A stretch of DNA of 19,238 bases from a virus (lineage: Duplodnaviria > Heunggongvirae > Uroviricota > Caudoviricetes): IMG/VR virus record IMGVR_UViG_2671181127_000002. One strand, written 5' to 3'. Shown in pieces: positions 1 through 6,434 of the stretch. The notes beneath the pieces are model-generated. The model made no database searches and was not told the origin of the DNA. It saw only the letters and a list, made by a program, of their open reading frames with translations. The translations under genes and the position numbers were made by a program. The number at the start of each line of letters is the position of its first letter. The first letter of the stretch is position 1.

Positions 1-6
1 TACCAG

Positions 7-213
7 ATGGAAAAAATCACAACAGGTGTGTCATACACCACGTCAGCGGTGGGAACGGGCTACTGGTTCCTGCAGTTGCTGGACAGGGTTTCCCCGTCTC
101 AGTGGGCGGCAATAGGCGTGCTGGGGAGTCTGCTGTTTGGTCTGCTGACATATCTGACGAACCTGTATTTCAAAATTAAAGAAGACCGGCGTAAGGCGGC
201 GCGGGGAGAGTAG
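7..213 (+). CDS. S: Class II holin (pinholin), phage 21 S-like; a longer antiholin start may lie upstream of the window
   Basis: 68-aa ORF with hydrophobic helices (YWFLQLL...[23 protein letters not shown]) and a charged C-terminal tail ([13 protein letters not shown]), closely matching my recollection of phage 21 S. It sits directly upstream of a SAR endolysin. The ATG at 7 is only 6 nt from the window edge, so any dual-start upstream codon cannot be seen. Confidence 0.85.
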   Translation: MEKITTGVSYTTSAVGTGYWFLQLLDRVSPSQWAAIGVLGSLLFGLLTYLTNLYFKIKEDRRKAARGE

Positions 214-216
214 ACG

Positions 217-852
217 ATGAATAAACAATACGAACTGGTTGTTAAAGGGATAAATAATTACCCGGATAAGATTACTGTTACTGTGGCACTGGAAATTGCC
301 GGGCAGCCGTCGTTGTTGTCGCCATATGTGGCGATTAGTCTTGACCGTACTGAAGGTGCCACGCTGGAATTTTACGAAGCTGAGGCGAAAAAACAGGCGA
401 AGCAGTTTTTCATGGATATTGCTGCCGCTTTATGTGAAGGGGATGAGCAGTCGCCGGAAAAGCGCCCCATAATTTTAGAGGCGCAGGATGTGTTGATAAC
501 CTACAGAGGAAAACTACCGGGAATAATTACTGGTTCTCTGAAGACGCCACCGACGGCATTGCGGTCAAAAAACGATGATATTGAATCACGCATTGAAAAA
601 CTGGAGTGCTATATCGCTGAATTGAAAAAAAGCACCCCAACAAAAAATGAGGTGCTTGCAGCAGATGAAATGAAAGAAACTATTCTTGATCGCGCGGCGC
701 ATCTAAGCTGCGCTTCACGGTTGAAAGAGCATCTTCAGCGGCCTGAAGAAAAACGCCGCGATGAGCAGTTCGCGGCGTTTTACGATTATTGCATTGAAGT
801 TACTCGCAGGAATTTTGTGAAGGCTTTTGAGGAGAGTAAATCTCTTCAGTAA
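217..852 (+). CDS. Hypothetical protein (211 aa), cargo gene inserted between holin and endolysin
   Basis: Intact ORF whose ATG is 3 nt after the holin stop (TAG 211..213), with a GGGGAGAG Shine-Dalgarno-like sequence upstream. It is AT-richer than the flanking phage genes. There is no signal peptide or TM segment; the C-terminal half is charged and helical. I recognise no family. Confidence 0.6.
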   Translation: MNKQYELVVKGINNYPDKITVTVALEIAGQPSLLSPYVAISLDRTEGATLEFYEAEAKKQAKQFFMDIAAALCEGDEQSPEKRPIILEAQDVLITYRGKLPGIITGSLKTPPTALRSKNDDIESRIEKLECYIAELKKSTPTKNEVLAADEMKETILDRAAHLSCASRLKEHLQRPEEKRRDEQFAAFYDYCIEVTRRNFVKAFEESKSLQ

Positions 853-1060
853 GCTTAATGGCGGACGCTGCAATTAATTCAGGAAGGTCCGCAAGGTCAT
901 CTGTCAGTGGGAATGATGAAAAATCGGCGGCAGTTCTGTTAAGAATTGCTTTAACTAATTCCTTTTCCTCATCCGGCAACACGTTGATTAGAGCTACGAC
1001 TGCTTGCCTGAGTGCGATTAAATCAGCAAAAGTTTGTTTTGGTAGATTTGGATAATCCAT
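800..1060 (-). CDS. Hypothetical small acidic protein (86 aa), convergent with and overlapping the 3' end of the 211-aa ORF
   Basis: Taken from the 800..1285 minus-strand ORF, starting at the internal Met (MDYPNLPKQ...) because that ATG (revcomp of 1058..1060) is preceded by GAGGTG at good spacing. Codon usage is AT-rich and the protein is acidic. The longer ORF would run antisense into the endolysin start, so the upstream extension is rejected. Confidence 0.4.
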   Translation of the reverse strand: MDYPNLPKQTFADLIALRQAVVALINVLPDEEKELVKAILNRTAADFSSFPLTDDLADLPELIAASAIKLTEEIYSPQKPSQNSCE

Positions 1061-1171
1061 AGTCACCTCTGTGTTTATCAGATTGACATACCCTGGCCAG
1101 CGCCCACCACTGGCGGGGTGAAGGCTTAACATATCCAGGGATTCGGAACCGATAAATCCTGATAAATATCC

Positions 1172-1705
1172 ATGAACGCAAAAATCAAATACGGCCTGTC
1201 GGCTGCCGTTCTGGCGCTGATTGCCGCAGGGGCTTCTGCGCCTGAAATTCTCGACCAGTTTCTGGATGAAAAGGAAGGTAACCACACCACGGCATACCGT
1301 GATGGTGCAGGTATCTGGACCATCTGCCGTGGTGCCATCATGGTGGATGGCAAACCTGTCGTTCCGGGCATGAAGTTGTCGAAGGAAAAATGCGACCAGG
1401 TTAACGCCATTGAGCGTGATAAAGCGCTGGCGTGGGTGGAGAAAAACATCAGAGTGCCGCTGACCGAACCCCAGAAAGCGGGGATCGCGTCATTCTGTCC
1501 GTATAACATTGGTCCCGGTAAGTGTTTCCCGTCGACGTTTTATAAACGAATTAATGCAGGCGATCGCAGGGGAGCGTGTGAGGCGATTCGCTGGTGGATT
1601 AAGGACGGTGGCAGGGACTGCCGTATCCGCTCAAATAACTGTTACGGTCAGGTATCCCGGCGTGATCAGGAGAGCGCGCTGGCGTGCTGGGGAATCGACA
1701 GATAA
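1172..1705 (+). CDS. R: SAR endolysin (T4-lysozyme-like muramidase, GH24), phage 21 R-like
   Basis: The N-terminus has a weakly hydrophobic Ala/Gly-rich signal-anchor-release segment (YGLSAAVLALIAAGASAP). It is followed by the lysozyme catalytic spacing E-x8-D-x5-T (EGNHTTAYRDGAGIWT). It sits in the lysis cassette with a pinholin, which is the usual partner. Confidence 0.9.
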   Translation: MNAKIKYGLSAAVLALIAAGASAPEILDQFLDEKEGNHTTAYRDGAGIWTICRGAIMVDGKPVVPGMKLSKEKCDQVNAIERDKALAWVEKNIRVPLTEPQKAGIASFCPYNIGPGKCFPSTFYKRINAGDRRGACEAIRWWIKDGGRDCRIRSNNCYGQVSRRDQESALACWGIDR

Positions 1706-1799
1706 GAAGAATATTTTGCTGAAAAATGACGTTGGCCAACGCGGGCGGATAACACGAAATCCTGCGAACTGGCAAAACCTAAGTGAATAAAAGTAAAAA

Positions 1800-1835
1800 C
1801 CCCGTTTGTTGGCAGCAAGCGGGGTTTTGTGTTTC
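1800..1835 (+). terminator. Rho-independent terminator-like hairpin downstream of the endolysin
   Basis: A 9-bp stem (CCCCGTTTG / CAAGCGGGG, one G-U pair) with a 7-nt loop, followed by TTTTGTGTTT and preceded by an A-run. Confidence 0.55.
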
Positions 1836-1861
1836 TGACCTTGGATAAGGCAAGGGAGAAC

Positions 1862-2044
1862 ATGGAAAAGTATAAACGAATTCTGTTGAGGTTGACTATG
1901 AAAAACGGCCTTGAACTGAAAGCGCCTGTAACTGATGACATCAGCAGAGCGCTGGCTTTTGCTATTAAGTGGGTGGCGGTCGGTATTGCTGTGTCTCCGA
2001 TGCTGTATGGACTGGCAAAACTGGTCATTGCGTTGAAATCGTGA
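1862..2044 (+). CDS. Hypothetical small membrane protein (60 aa) between endolysin and Rz
   Basis: ATG at 1862 is preceded by AGGGAGA. The N-terminus is amphipathic and basic; the C-terminus has a hydrophobic segment (FAIKWVAVGIAVSPMLYGLAKLVIAL). The ORF track lists it with a GTG start at 1829 that lies inside the terminator tail, so I prefer 1862. Confidence 0.4.
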   Translation: MEKYKRILLRLTMKNGLELKAPVTDDISRALAFAIKWVAVGIAVSPMLYGLAKLVIALKS

Positions 2045-2056
2045 AGAGGATTAAGC

Positions 2057-2188
2057 ATGTCAGACAAGCTCATAACGCTGGCGAAGATCCTCTGTGTAAT
2101 CGTCGGCATTTCATTTTCACTAATGCTGGTTGCTATTTTTCTTTCCCTGGGCTGGATGATGTTGTCTTCGTCGGGGATGCTGGGGTGA
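2057..2188 (+). CDS. Hypothetical hydrophobic peptide (43 aa), not in the ORF track because it is under 60 aa
   Basis: My own translation from ATG 2057 gives [43 protein letters not shown] with stop TGA at 2186..2188. AAGAGGA sits 5 nt upstream. The start is 12 nt after the previous stop and the stop is 7 nt before the Rz start. It is a single-TM-like peptide. Confidence 0.35.
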   Translation: MSDKLITLAKILCVIVGISFSLMLVAIFLSLGWMMLSSSGMLG

Positions 2189-2195
2189 GGGGGAT

Positions 2196-2663
2196 ATGAA
2201 CCGTGTTCTGTGTGTGGTGATTATTGTCCTGCTGGTGGCCTGTGGTGCGCTTAGTCTGGGGCTGAATCATTACCGCGATAACGCCATCACCTACAAAGCG
2301 CAGCGAGATAAAAAAGCCAGAGAGCTGGAGCTGGCAAACGCAACCATTACTGATATGCAGGTGCGCCAGCGCGATGTTGCTGCGCTCGATGCAAAATACT
2401 CGAGGGAATTAGCTGATGCGAGAGCTGAAAATGAAACTCTGCGTGCTGATGTTGCCGCTGGTCGTAAGCGCCTGCGGATCAACGCCACCTGCCACGGTAC
2501 CGTGCGTGAAGCCACCGGCACCTCCGGCGTGGATAATGCAACCGGCCCCCGACTGGCAGACACCGCTGAACGGGATTATTTCACCCTCAGAGAGCGGTTG
2601 ATGCTGATGCAGAAGCAGCTGGAAGGGGCACAGGACTATATCCGCACTCAGTGCCTGAATTAA
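2196..2663 (+). CDS. Rz: i-spanin Rz
   Basis: N-terminal TM segment followed by a coiled-coil periplasmic domain. Long stretches match lambda Rz as I recall it ([16 protein letters not shown]..., [12 protein letters not shown]..., [15 protein letters not shown]...MQKQLEG). Confidence 0.9.
   Translation: MNRVLCVVIIVLLVACGALSLGLNHYRDNAITYKAQRDKKARELELANATITDMQVRQRDVAALDAKYSRELADARAENETLRADVAAGRKRLRINATCHGTVREATGTSGVDNATGPRLADTAERDYFTLRERLMLMQKQLEGAQDYIRTQCLN
2416..2601 (+). CDS. Rz1: o-spanin Rz1 (lipoprotein), embedded in the +1 frame of Rz
   Basis: Lies wholly inside Rz in another frame. It has a lipobox (LPLVVSAC) and a proline-rich mature part ([30 protein letters not shown]) that closely matches lambda Rz1. 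Confidence 0.85.
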   Translation: MRELKMKLCVLMLPLVVSACGSTPPATVPCVKPPAPPAWIMQPAPDWQTPLNGIISPSESG

Positions 2664-2666
2664 CAG

Positions 2667-2691
2667 AGCCAGCTTAATCGCTGGCTTTTTC
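2667..2691 (+). terminator. Rho-independent terminator-like hairpin after Rz
   Basis: A 7-bp stem (AGCCAGC / GCTGGCT) with a 6-nt loop, followed by TTTTT, starting 4 nt after the Rz stop. Confidence 0.55.
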
Positions 2692-2738
2692 ATATCTGAA
2701 TTTCACCGCGCATCTCACGCGCATATCACATCCCCGAG

Positions 2739-2830
2739 CCTTTCAGAAAGTTGAGCCTGAGAACTGCCGTATATGGTGGCGACCATCTCGGGGCGGCTTT
2801 TCTGTGAGACAGGCTCAATTTTCTGAAAGG
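2739..2830 (+). promoter_or_regulatory. 21-bp imperfect inverted repeat with a 50-bp spacer directly upstream of the Rha-like gene; right arm overlaps its ribosome-binding region
   Basis: CCTTTCAGAAAGTTGAGCCTG at 2739..2759 against CAGGCTCAATTTTCTGAAAGG at 2810..2830 matches as a reverse complement at 20 of 21 positions. The right arm ends 9 nt before the ATG at 2840. A short direct repeat CGCGCAT(CTCA)CGCGCAT lies just upstream at about 2707..2724. Confidence 0.4.
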
Positions 2831-2839
2831 TAAAACGCG

Positions 2840-3388
2840 ATGAACTATCCGACGATTGTTGACGGTATTGATTTTCGCCAACTGGTAACAGCGGCAGATG
2901 GCGAACCAATAACAGACTCTTTTCAGATCGCTAAGGCGTTTGGTAAGCGTCATGCGGACGTATTGAGGGCGCTGAAAAATTGCCATTGCTCTGAAGATTT
3001 CCGGAGAGCGCATTTTTGCGTTGCCGAAAAAATCAATGAGTTAGGGATTTTCGACAAGAAGCAGATTTACTACCGCATGGACTTTAGCGGCTTCGTTATG
3101 CTGGTTATGGGATTTAACGGGGCAAAAGCTGATGCCGTTAAAGAAGCCTATATTAATGCCTTTAACTGGATGTCCGCTGAACTCCGTAAGTTCAGTGAAA
3201 GTTATGAAGCTGAACGCAACGCTGTAATGCTGGAGTACATGAAAGAGAAAGATGTTGCCAGTATGTCAGGTCGTTTGCTCAATCGCTGGGGCAGGGTGAA
3301 GAAGCCTCAGTTGCTGGCAAGGCTGGACAGGCTGGAGCAGCAGGGGCAGATTGCGTTACCCGGATTTGATAAAGGCATTTCAGCCTGA
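2840..3388 (+). CDS. rha: Rha-family phage regulatory protein (Phage_pRha-like N-terminal domain), often annotated as antirepressor-like
   Basis: The N-terminal region carries the signature I associate with Phage_pRha/Ant N-terminal domains (VTDSFQIAKAFGKRHADVLRALKN). It is AT-richer than the structural genes and sits between Rz and cos, where lambda carries bor. Confidence 0.7.
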   Translation: MNYPTIVDGIDFRQLVTAADGEPITDSFQIAKAFGKRHADVLRALKNCHCSEDFRRAHFCVAEKINELGIFDKKQIYYRMDFSGFVMLVMGFNGAKADAVKEAYINAFNWMSAELRKFSESYEAERNAVMLEYMKEKDVASMSGRLLNRWGRVKKPQLLARLDRLEQQGQIALPGFDKGISA

Positions 3389-3639
3389 CATAGCCATGCG
3401 CCGTATCGTCGCCGTATTCCTGCATTAACAGAGACCGCAGCCCGACAGGGAGACTCCTCTGCGCGAGTGTGCGGGGATAATCAAAAACGATGCACACCGG
3501 GGTTTACCGCGTTAACGGAGCGCGGCGTTGTCCCCTCATAGTCGCTCGTCCGGTGCGATGGTGGAAGAAACTGGATTTTGTTGCAACTGATAACCATTAT
3601 CATTTTCTCGGGTCCTTTCCGGCATATGGACCCGTTACG

Positions 3640-3651
3640 GGGCGGCGACCT
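3640..3651 (+). other. cosN: cosN cohesive-end site (GGGCGGCGACCT), internal to the prophage
   Basis: The 12-nt lambda cohesive-end sequence is present exactly, in lambda-like context (GTTACG before it, CGCGGGTTTTCGCTATTTATGAAAATTTTCCGG after it), about 195 bp upstream of the Nu1 start. Confidence 0.85.
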
Positions 3652-3688
3652 CGCGGGTTTTCGCTATTTATGAAAATTTTCCGGGATC

Positions 3689-3787
3689 CATGTCCGGTTT
3701 ATCTTCAAGTTAACTATATGAAAAATATAAAAACATGCTTTCCATGAACCGGACATGCGCAAAAAATAGACACTAAAACCGGACATG
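3689..3787 (+). promoter_or_regulatory. cosB: cosB-like region: three copies of AACCGGACATG arranged as R3 (inverted), an AT-rich IHF-like spacer, then R2 and R1 (direct)
   Basis: The motif occurs inverted at 3689..3699 and direct at 3747..3757 and 3777..3787. An AT-rich stretch lies between the first and second copies. Offsets from cosN and from the Nu1 start mirror lambda's R3-I1-R2-R1 layout, but the repeat sequence is not lambda's. Confidence 0.55.
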
Positions 3788-3834
3788 ACCGGTTTTGTTG
3801 TGATTGTGAGGTGAGAGTTTTTGCGAGGTGAGGA

Positions 3835-4344
3835 GTGGCTACGCAGACTGAAGTTGCCAGGCATTTAAGTCTGACCGATCGCCAGCTTCGCAGATTGCAG
3901 AAATTGCCGGGTGCCCCGATATCGAATAAGCGAGGGCAACTGGATCTGGATGCCTGGCGCGATTTTTACATATCGTATCTGAGAAGAAGTAAAAACGATG
4001 TGCCTGATGGCGATAGCGAAGACGACTATGAGGAGAAATTGCTTATTGCCAGATGGGAACTGACAGCAGAACAGGCTGTTACACAGCAGTTAAAAAATGA
4101 GGTGTCAAAAGGAAAACTTATTGACACCGGGTTCTGTATTTTTGCCCTCAGCAAGCTGGCAATGGCGTTATCCAGTACGCTTGATTCCATCCCTTTATCC
4201 ATGCAGCGACAGTTTCCTGATTTAACACCGCGCCATCTTGACCATCTGAAAACCCTTATTGCGAAGGGGGCAAATCAGTGTGCGCGGGCGGGGGATAAAT
4301 TACCGGATTTACTCGATGAATATATCAGAGCAACAACTGAATAA
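3835..4344 (+). CDS. nu1: Terminase small subunit (gpNu1-like)
   Basis: GTG start preceded by GAGGTGAGGA. The C-terminal two-thirds matches lambda Nu1 as I recall it (FCIFALSKLA...LSMQRQFPDL..RHLDHLK....LPDLLDEYI). The N-terminal DNA-binding region is divergent, consistent with the altered cosB repeats. Confidence 0.9.
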   Translation: MATQTEVARHLSLTDRQLRRLQKLPGAPISNKRGQLDLDAWRDFYISYLRRSKNDVPDGDSEDDYEEKLLIARWELTAEQAVTQQLKNEVSKGKLIDTGFCIFALSKLAMALSSTLDSIPLSMQRQFPDLTPRHLDHLKTLIAKGANQCARAGDKLPDLLDEYIRATTE

Positions 4345-6244
4345 TATGATGAGTGCTGTCACAACAGCATTACAGCCCCTGATAAGGGCATTGCCGGTGA
4401 CGCCAGTTGAATGGGCTGATCAAAATTATTATCTGCCTAAAGAATCTTCATATGGTGAGGGAGAATGGAAAACGCTGCCGTTCCAGATCGCCATCATGAA
4501 CAGCATGGGGAATGATCAGATCCGCACTGTTAATCTGATTAAATCTGCCCGTGTTGGCTATACAAAGATGTTGCTGGGAGTCGCCGGGTATTTTATTGAG
4601 CATAAATCCCGAAACAGTCTGCTTTTTCAGCCCACGGATTCTGCCGCTGAAGATTTTATGAAGTCTCACGTGGAGGCGACGATTCGCGATGTTCCCTGCC
4701 TGAAAAAACTTTCTCCCTAGCTGGGACGTAAACATCGTGATAATACCATCACGCTGAAACGCTTTTCATCGGGTGTGGGCTTCTGGTGCCTGGGCGGCGC
4801 TGCCGCCAAAAACTACCGTGAAAAATCAGTGGATGTGGTCTGCTATGACGAACTTTCCTCATTCGAGCCGGATGTCGAAAAAGAGGGCTCGCCAACCCTG
4901 CTGGGGGATAAGCGTATTGAGGGCTCGGTATGGCCAAAATCCATTCGCGGCTCGACGCCAAAAATAAAAGGCTCCTGCCAGATCGAAAAAGCGGCCAACG
5001 AGTCGGCACATTTCATGCGTTTTTATGTGCCCTGCCCGCACTGTGGGGAGGAGCAGTATCTGAAATTTGGCGATGAGTCCACGCCTTTTGGCCTTAAATG
5101 GGAGAAGGACAGTCCCGAAAGTGTTTTCTACCTCTGTGAACATCATGGCTGCGTGATCCATCAGTCTGAACTGGACCAGAGCAACGGGCGGTGGATCTGT
5201 GAAAACACGGGGATGTGGACCCGCGACGGTCTGACGTTTTTCAGCGCCGCGGATAATGAAATTCCGCCGCCGCGCTCCATCACATTCCATATCTGGACGG
5301 CGTACAGTCCGTTCACCACCTGGGTACAGATTGTCTATGACTGGCTGGATGCACTGAAAGATCCCAACGGCCTGAAAACCTTTGTGAACACCACGCTGGG
5401 CGAGACCTGGGAAGAGGCCGTGGGCGAAAAACTCGATCACCAGGTGCTGATGGATAAGGTTGTGCGTTACACGGCTGCGGTGCCTTCCCGGGTGGTTTAT
5501 CTGACGGCGGGCATTGACTCGCAGCGAAACCGTTTTGAGATGTATGTCTGGGGATGGGCTCCGGGAGAGGAAGCCTTTCTGGTGGATAAAATCATCATTA
5601 TGGGGCGTCCCGATGAGGAAGAGACGCTGTTACGTGTGGATGTGGCGATCAACAAAAAATACCGCCATGCAGACGGAACCGAAATGACCATTTCCCGTGT
5701 CTGCTGGGACACCGGGGGGATCGATGGCGAAATTGTCTATCAGAGGTCAAAAAAACACGGTGTTTTCCGGGTGCTGCCGGTAAAAGGTGCATCTGTTTAT
5801 GGCAAGCCGGTGATCACCATGCCAAAAACCCGCAATCAGCGGGGCGTGTATCTGTGCGAAGTGGGGACGGACACCGCAAAAGAAATTCTCTATGCCCGTA
5901 TGAAAGCCGATCCCACGCCTGCGGATGAAGCCACGTCGTATGCCATCCGTTTTCCTGATGATCCGGAGATTTTTTCGCAGACAGAGGCGCAGCAACTGGT
6001 GGCGGAAGAGCTTGTGGAGAAGTGGGAAAAAGGAAAGATGCGTCTGCTGTGGGATAACAAAAAGCGGCGTAACGAAGCGCTGGACTGCCTGGTGTATGCC
6101 TACGCGGCATTACGTGTGTCCGTGCAACGCTGGCAACTTGATCTGGCTGTACTGGCAAAATCCCGGGAAGAAGAGACGACCCGGCCAACCCTTAAAGAAC
6201 TGGCAGCGAAGCTGTCCGGAGGAGTGAATGGTTACAGTCGCTGA
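4316..6244 (+). pseudogene. A: Terminase large subunit (gpA-like) interrupted by an in-frame TAG at 4718..4720
   Basis: Lambda-gpA-like sequence starts at ATG 4316 (MNISEQQ...VEWADQNYYLPKES...), 29 nt before the Nu1 stop. It continues in the same frame straight after the TAG (LGRKHRDNTITLKRFSSGVGFWCLGGAAAKNYREKSVD...) to the stop at 6242..6244. The TAG aligns with a Trp in my recollection of lambda gpA, so TGG to TAG. The ORF track splits this into 4259..4720 and 4775..6244, both in the same frame. Confidence 0.8.
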
Positions 6245-6434
6245 ACTGCAGGCGCTGCGTCAGGCGCGCCTTGATTTATTAACCGGTAAACGGGTGGTGT
6301 CTGTCCAGAAAGATGGTCGCAGAATTGAATATACGGCGGCCTCTCTGGATGAGCTTAACCGGGCGATCAATGATGCTGAGTTGGTACTGGGGACAACCCG
6401 CCGTCGCCGTCGTCCGCTGGGAGTGAGGTTATGA
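6228..6434 (+). CDS. W: Head-tail joining protein gpW-like
   Basis: 68 aa with strong similarity to lambda gpW (LLTGKRVVSVQKDGRRIEYTAASL). Its stop overlaps the portal start as ATGA. Confidence 0.9.
   Translation: MVTVAELQALRQARLDLLTGKRVVSVQKDGRRIEYTAASLDELNRAINDAELVLGTTRRRRRPLGVRL

Noticed and set aside
858-1055. 65-aa + strand ORF (MADAAINSGRSARSS...)
   Set aside because: It is the antisense partner of the 86-aa minus-strand ORF. It lacks a ribosome-binding site and has low-complexity composition, so the minus-strand reading is preferred. This is not proven.
1082-1110. TTGACA hexamer that could be a -35 element for the endolysin
   Set aside because: No acceptable -10 hexamer at 16-18 bp spacing (ACCACT). 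Late genes are expected to be transcribed from the upstream late promoter under Q antitermination. No promoter is called.
1509-1790. 93-aa + strand ORF overlapping the endolysin 3' end
   Set aside because: It is an alternative frame of the well-supported endolysin gene and runs into the intergenic region. No support.
1969-2199. 76-aa + strand ORF overlapping the two small-peptide genes
   Set aside because: It has no ribosome-binding site and an odd Cys/Gly-rich composition. The alternative frame gives a 43-aa hydrophobic peptide with a strong Shine-Dalgarno sequence and tight coupling to neighbours. This rejection is tentative.
3490-3747. 85-aa + strand ORF
   Set aside because: It spans cosN and the cosB repeats, a region that must be noncoding for terminase recognition. 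There is no ribosome-binding site and the composition is not protein-like.
4259-4315. N-terminal extension of the large terminase ORF (MRRGQISVRGRGINYRIYS...)
   Set aside because: Lambda-like sequence begins at the internal ATG at 4316 (MNISEQQ). The extension lies inside the Nu1 3' end in another frame and is an ORF-finder artefact.
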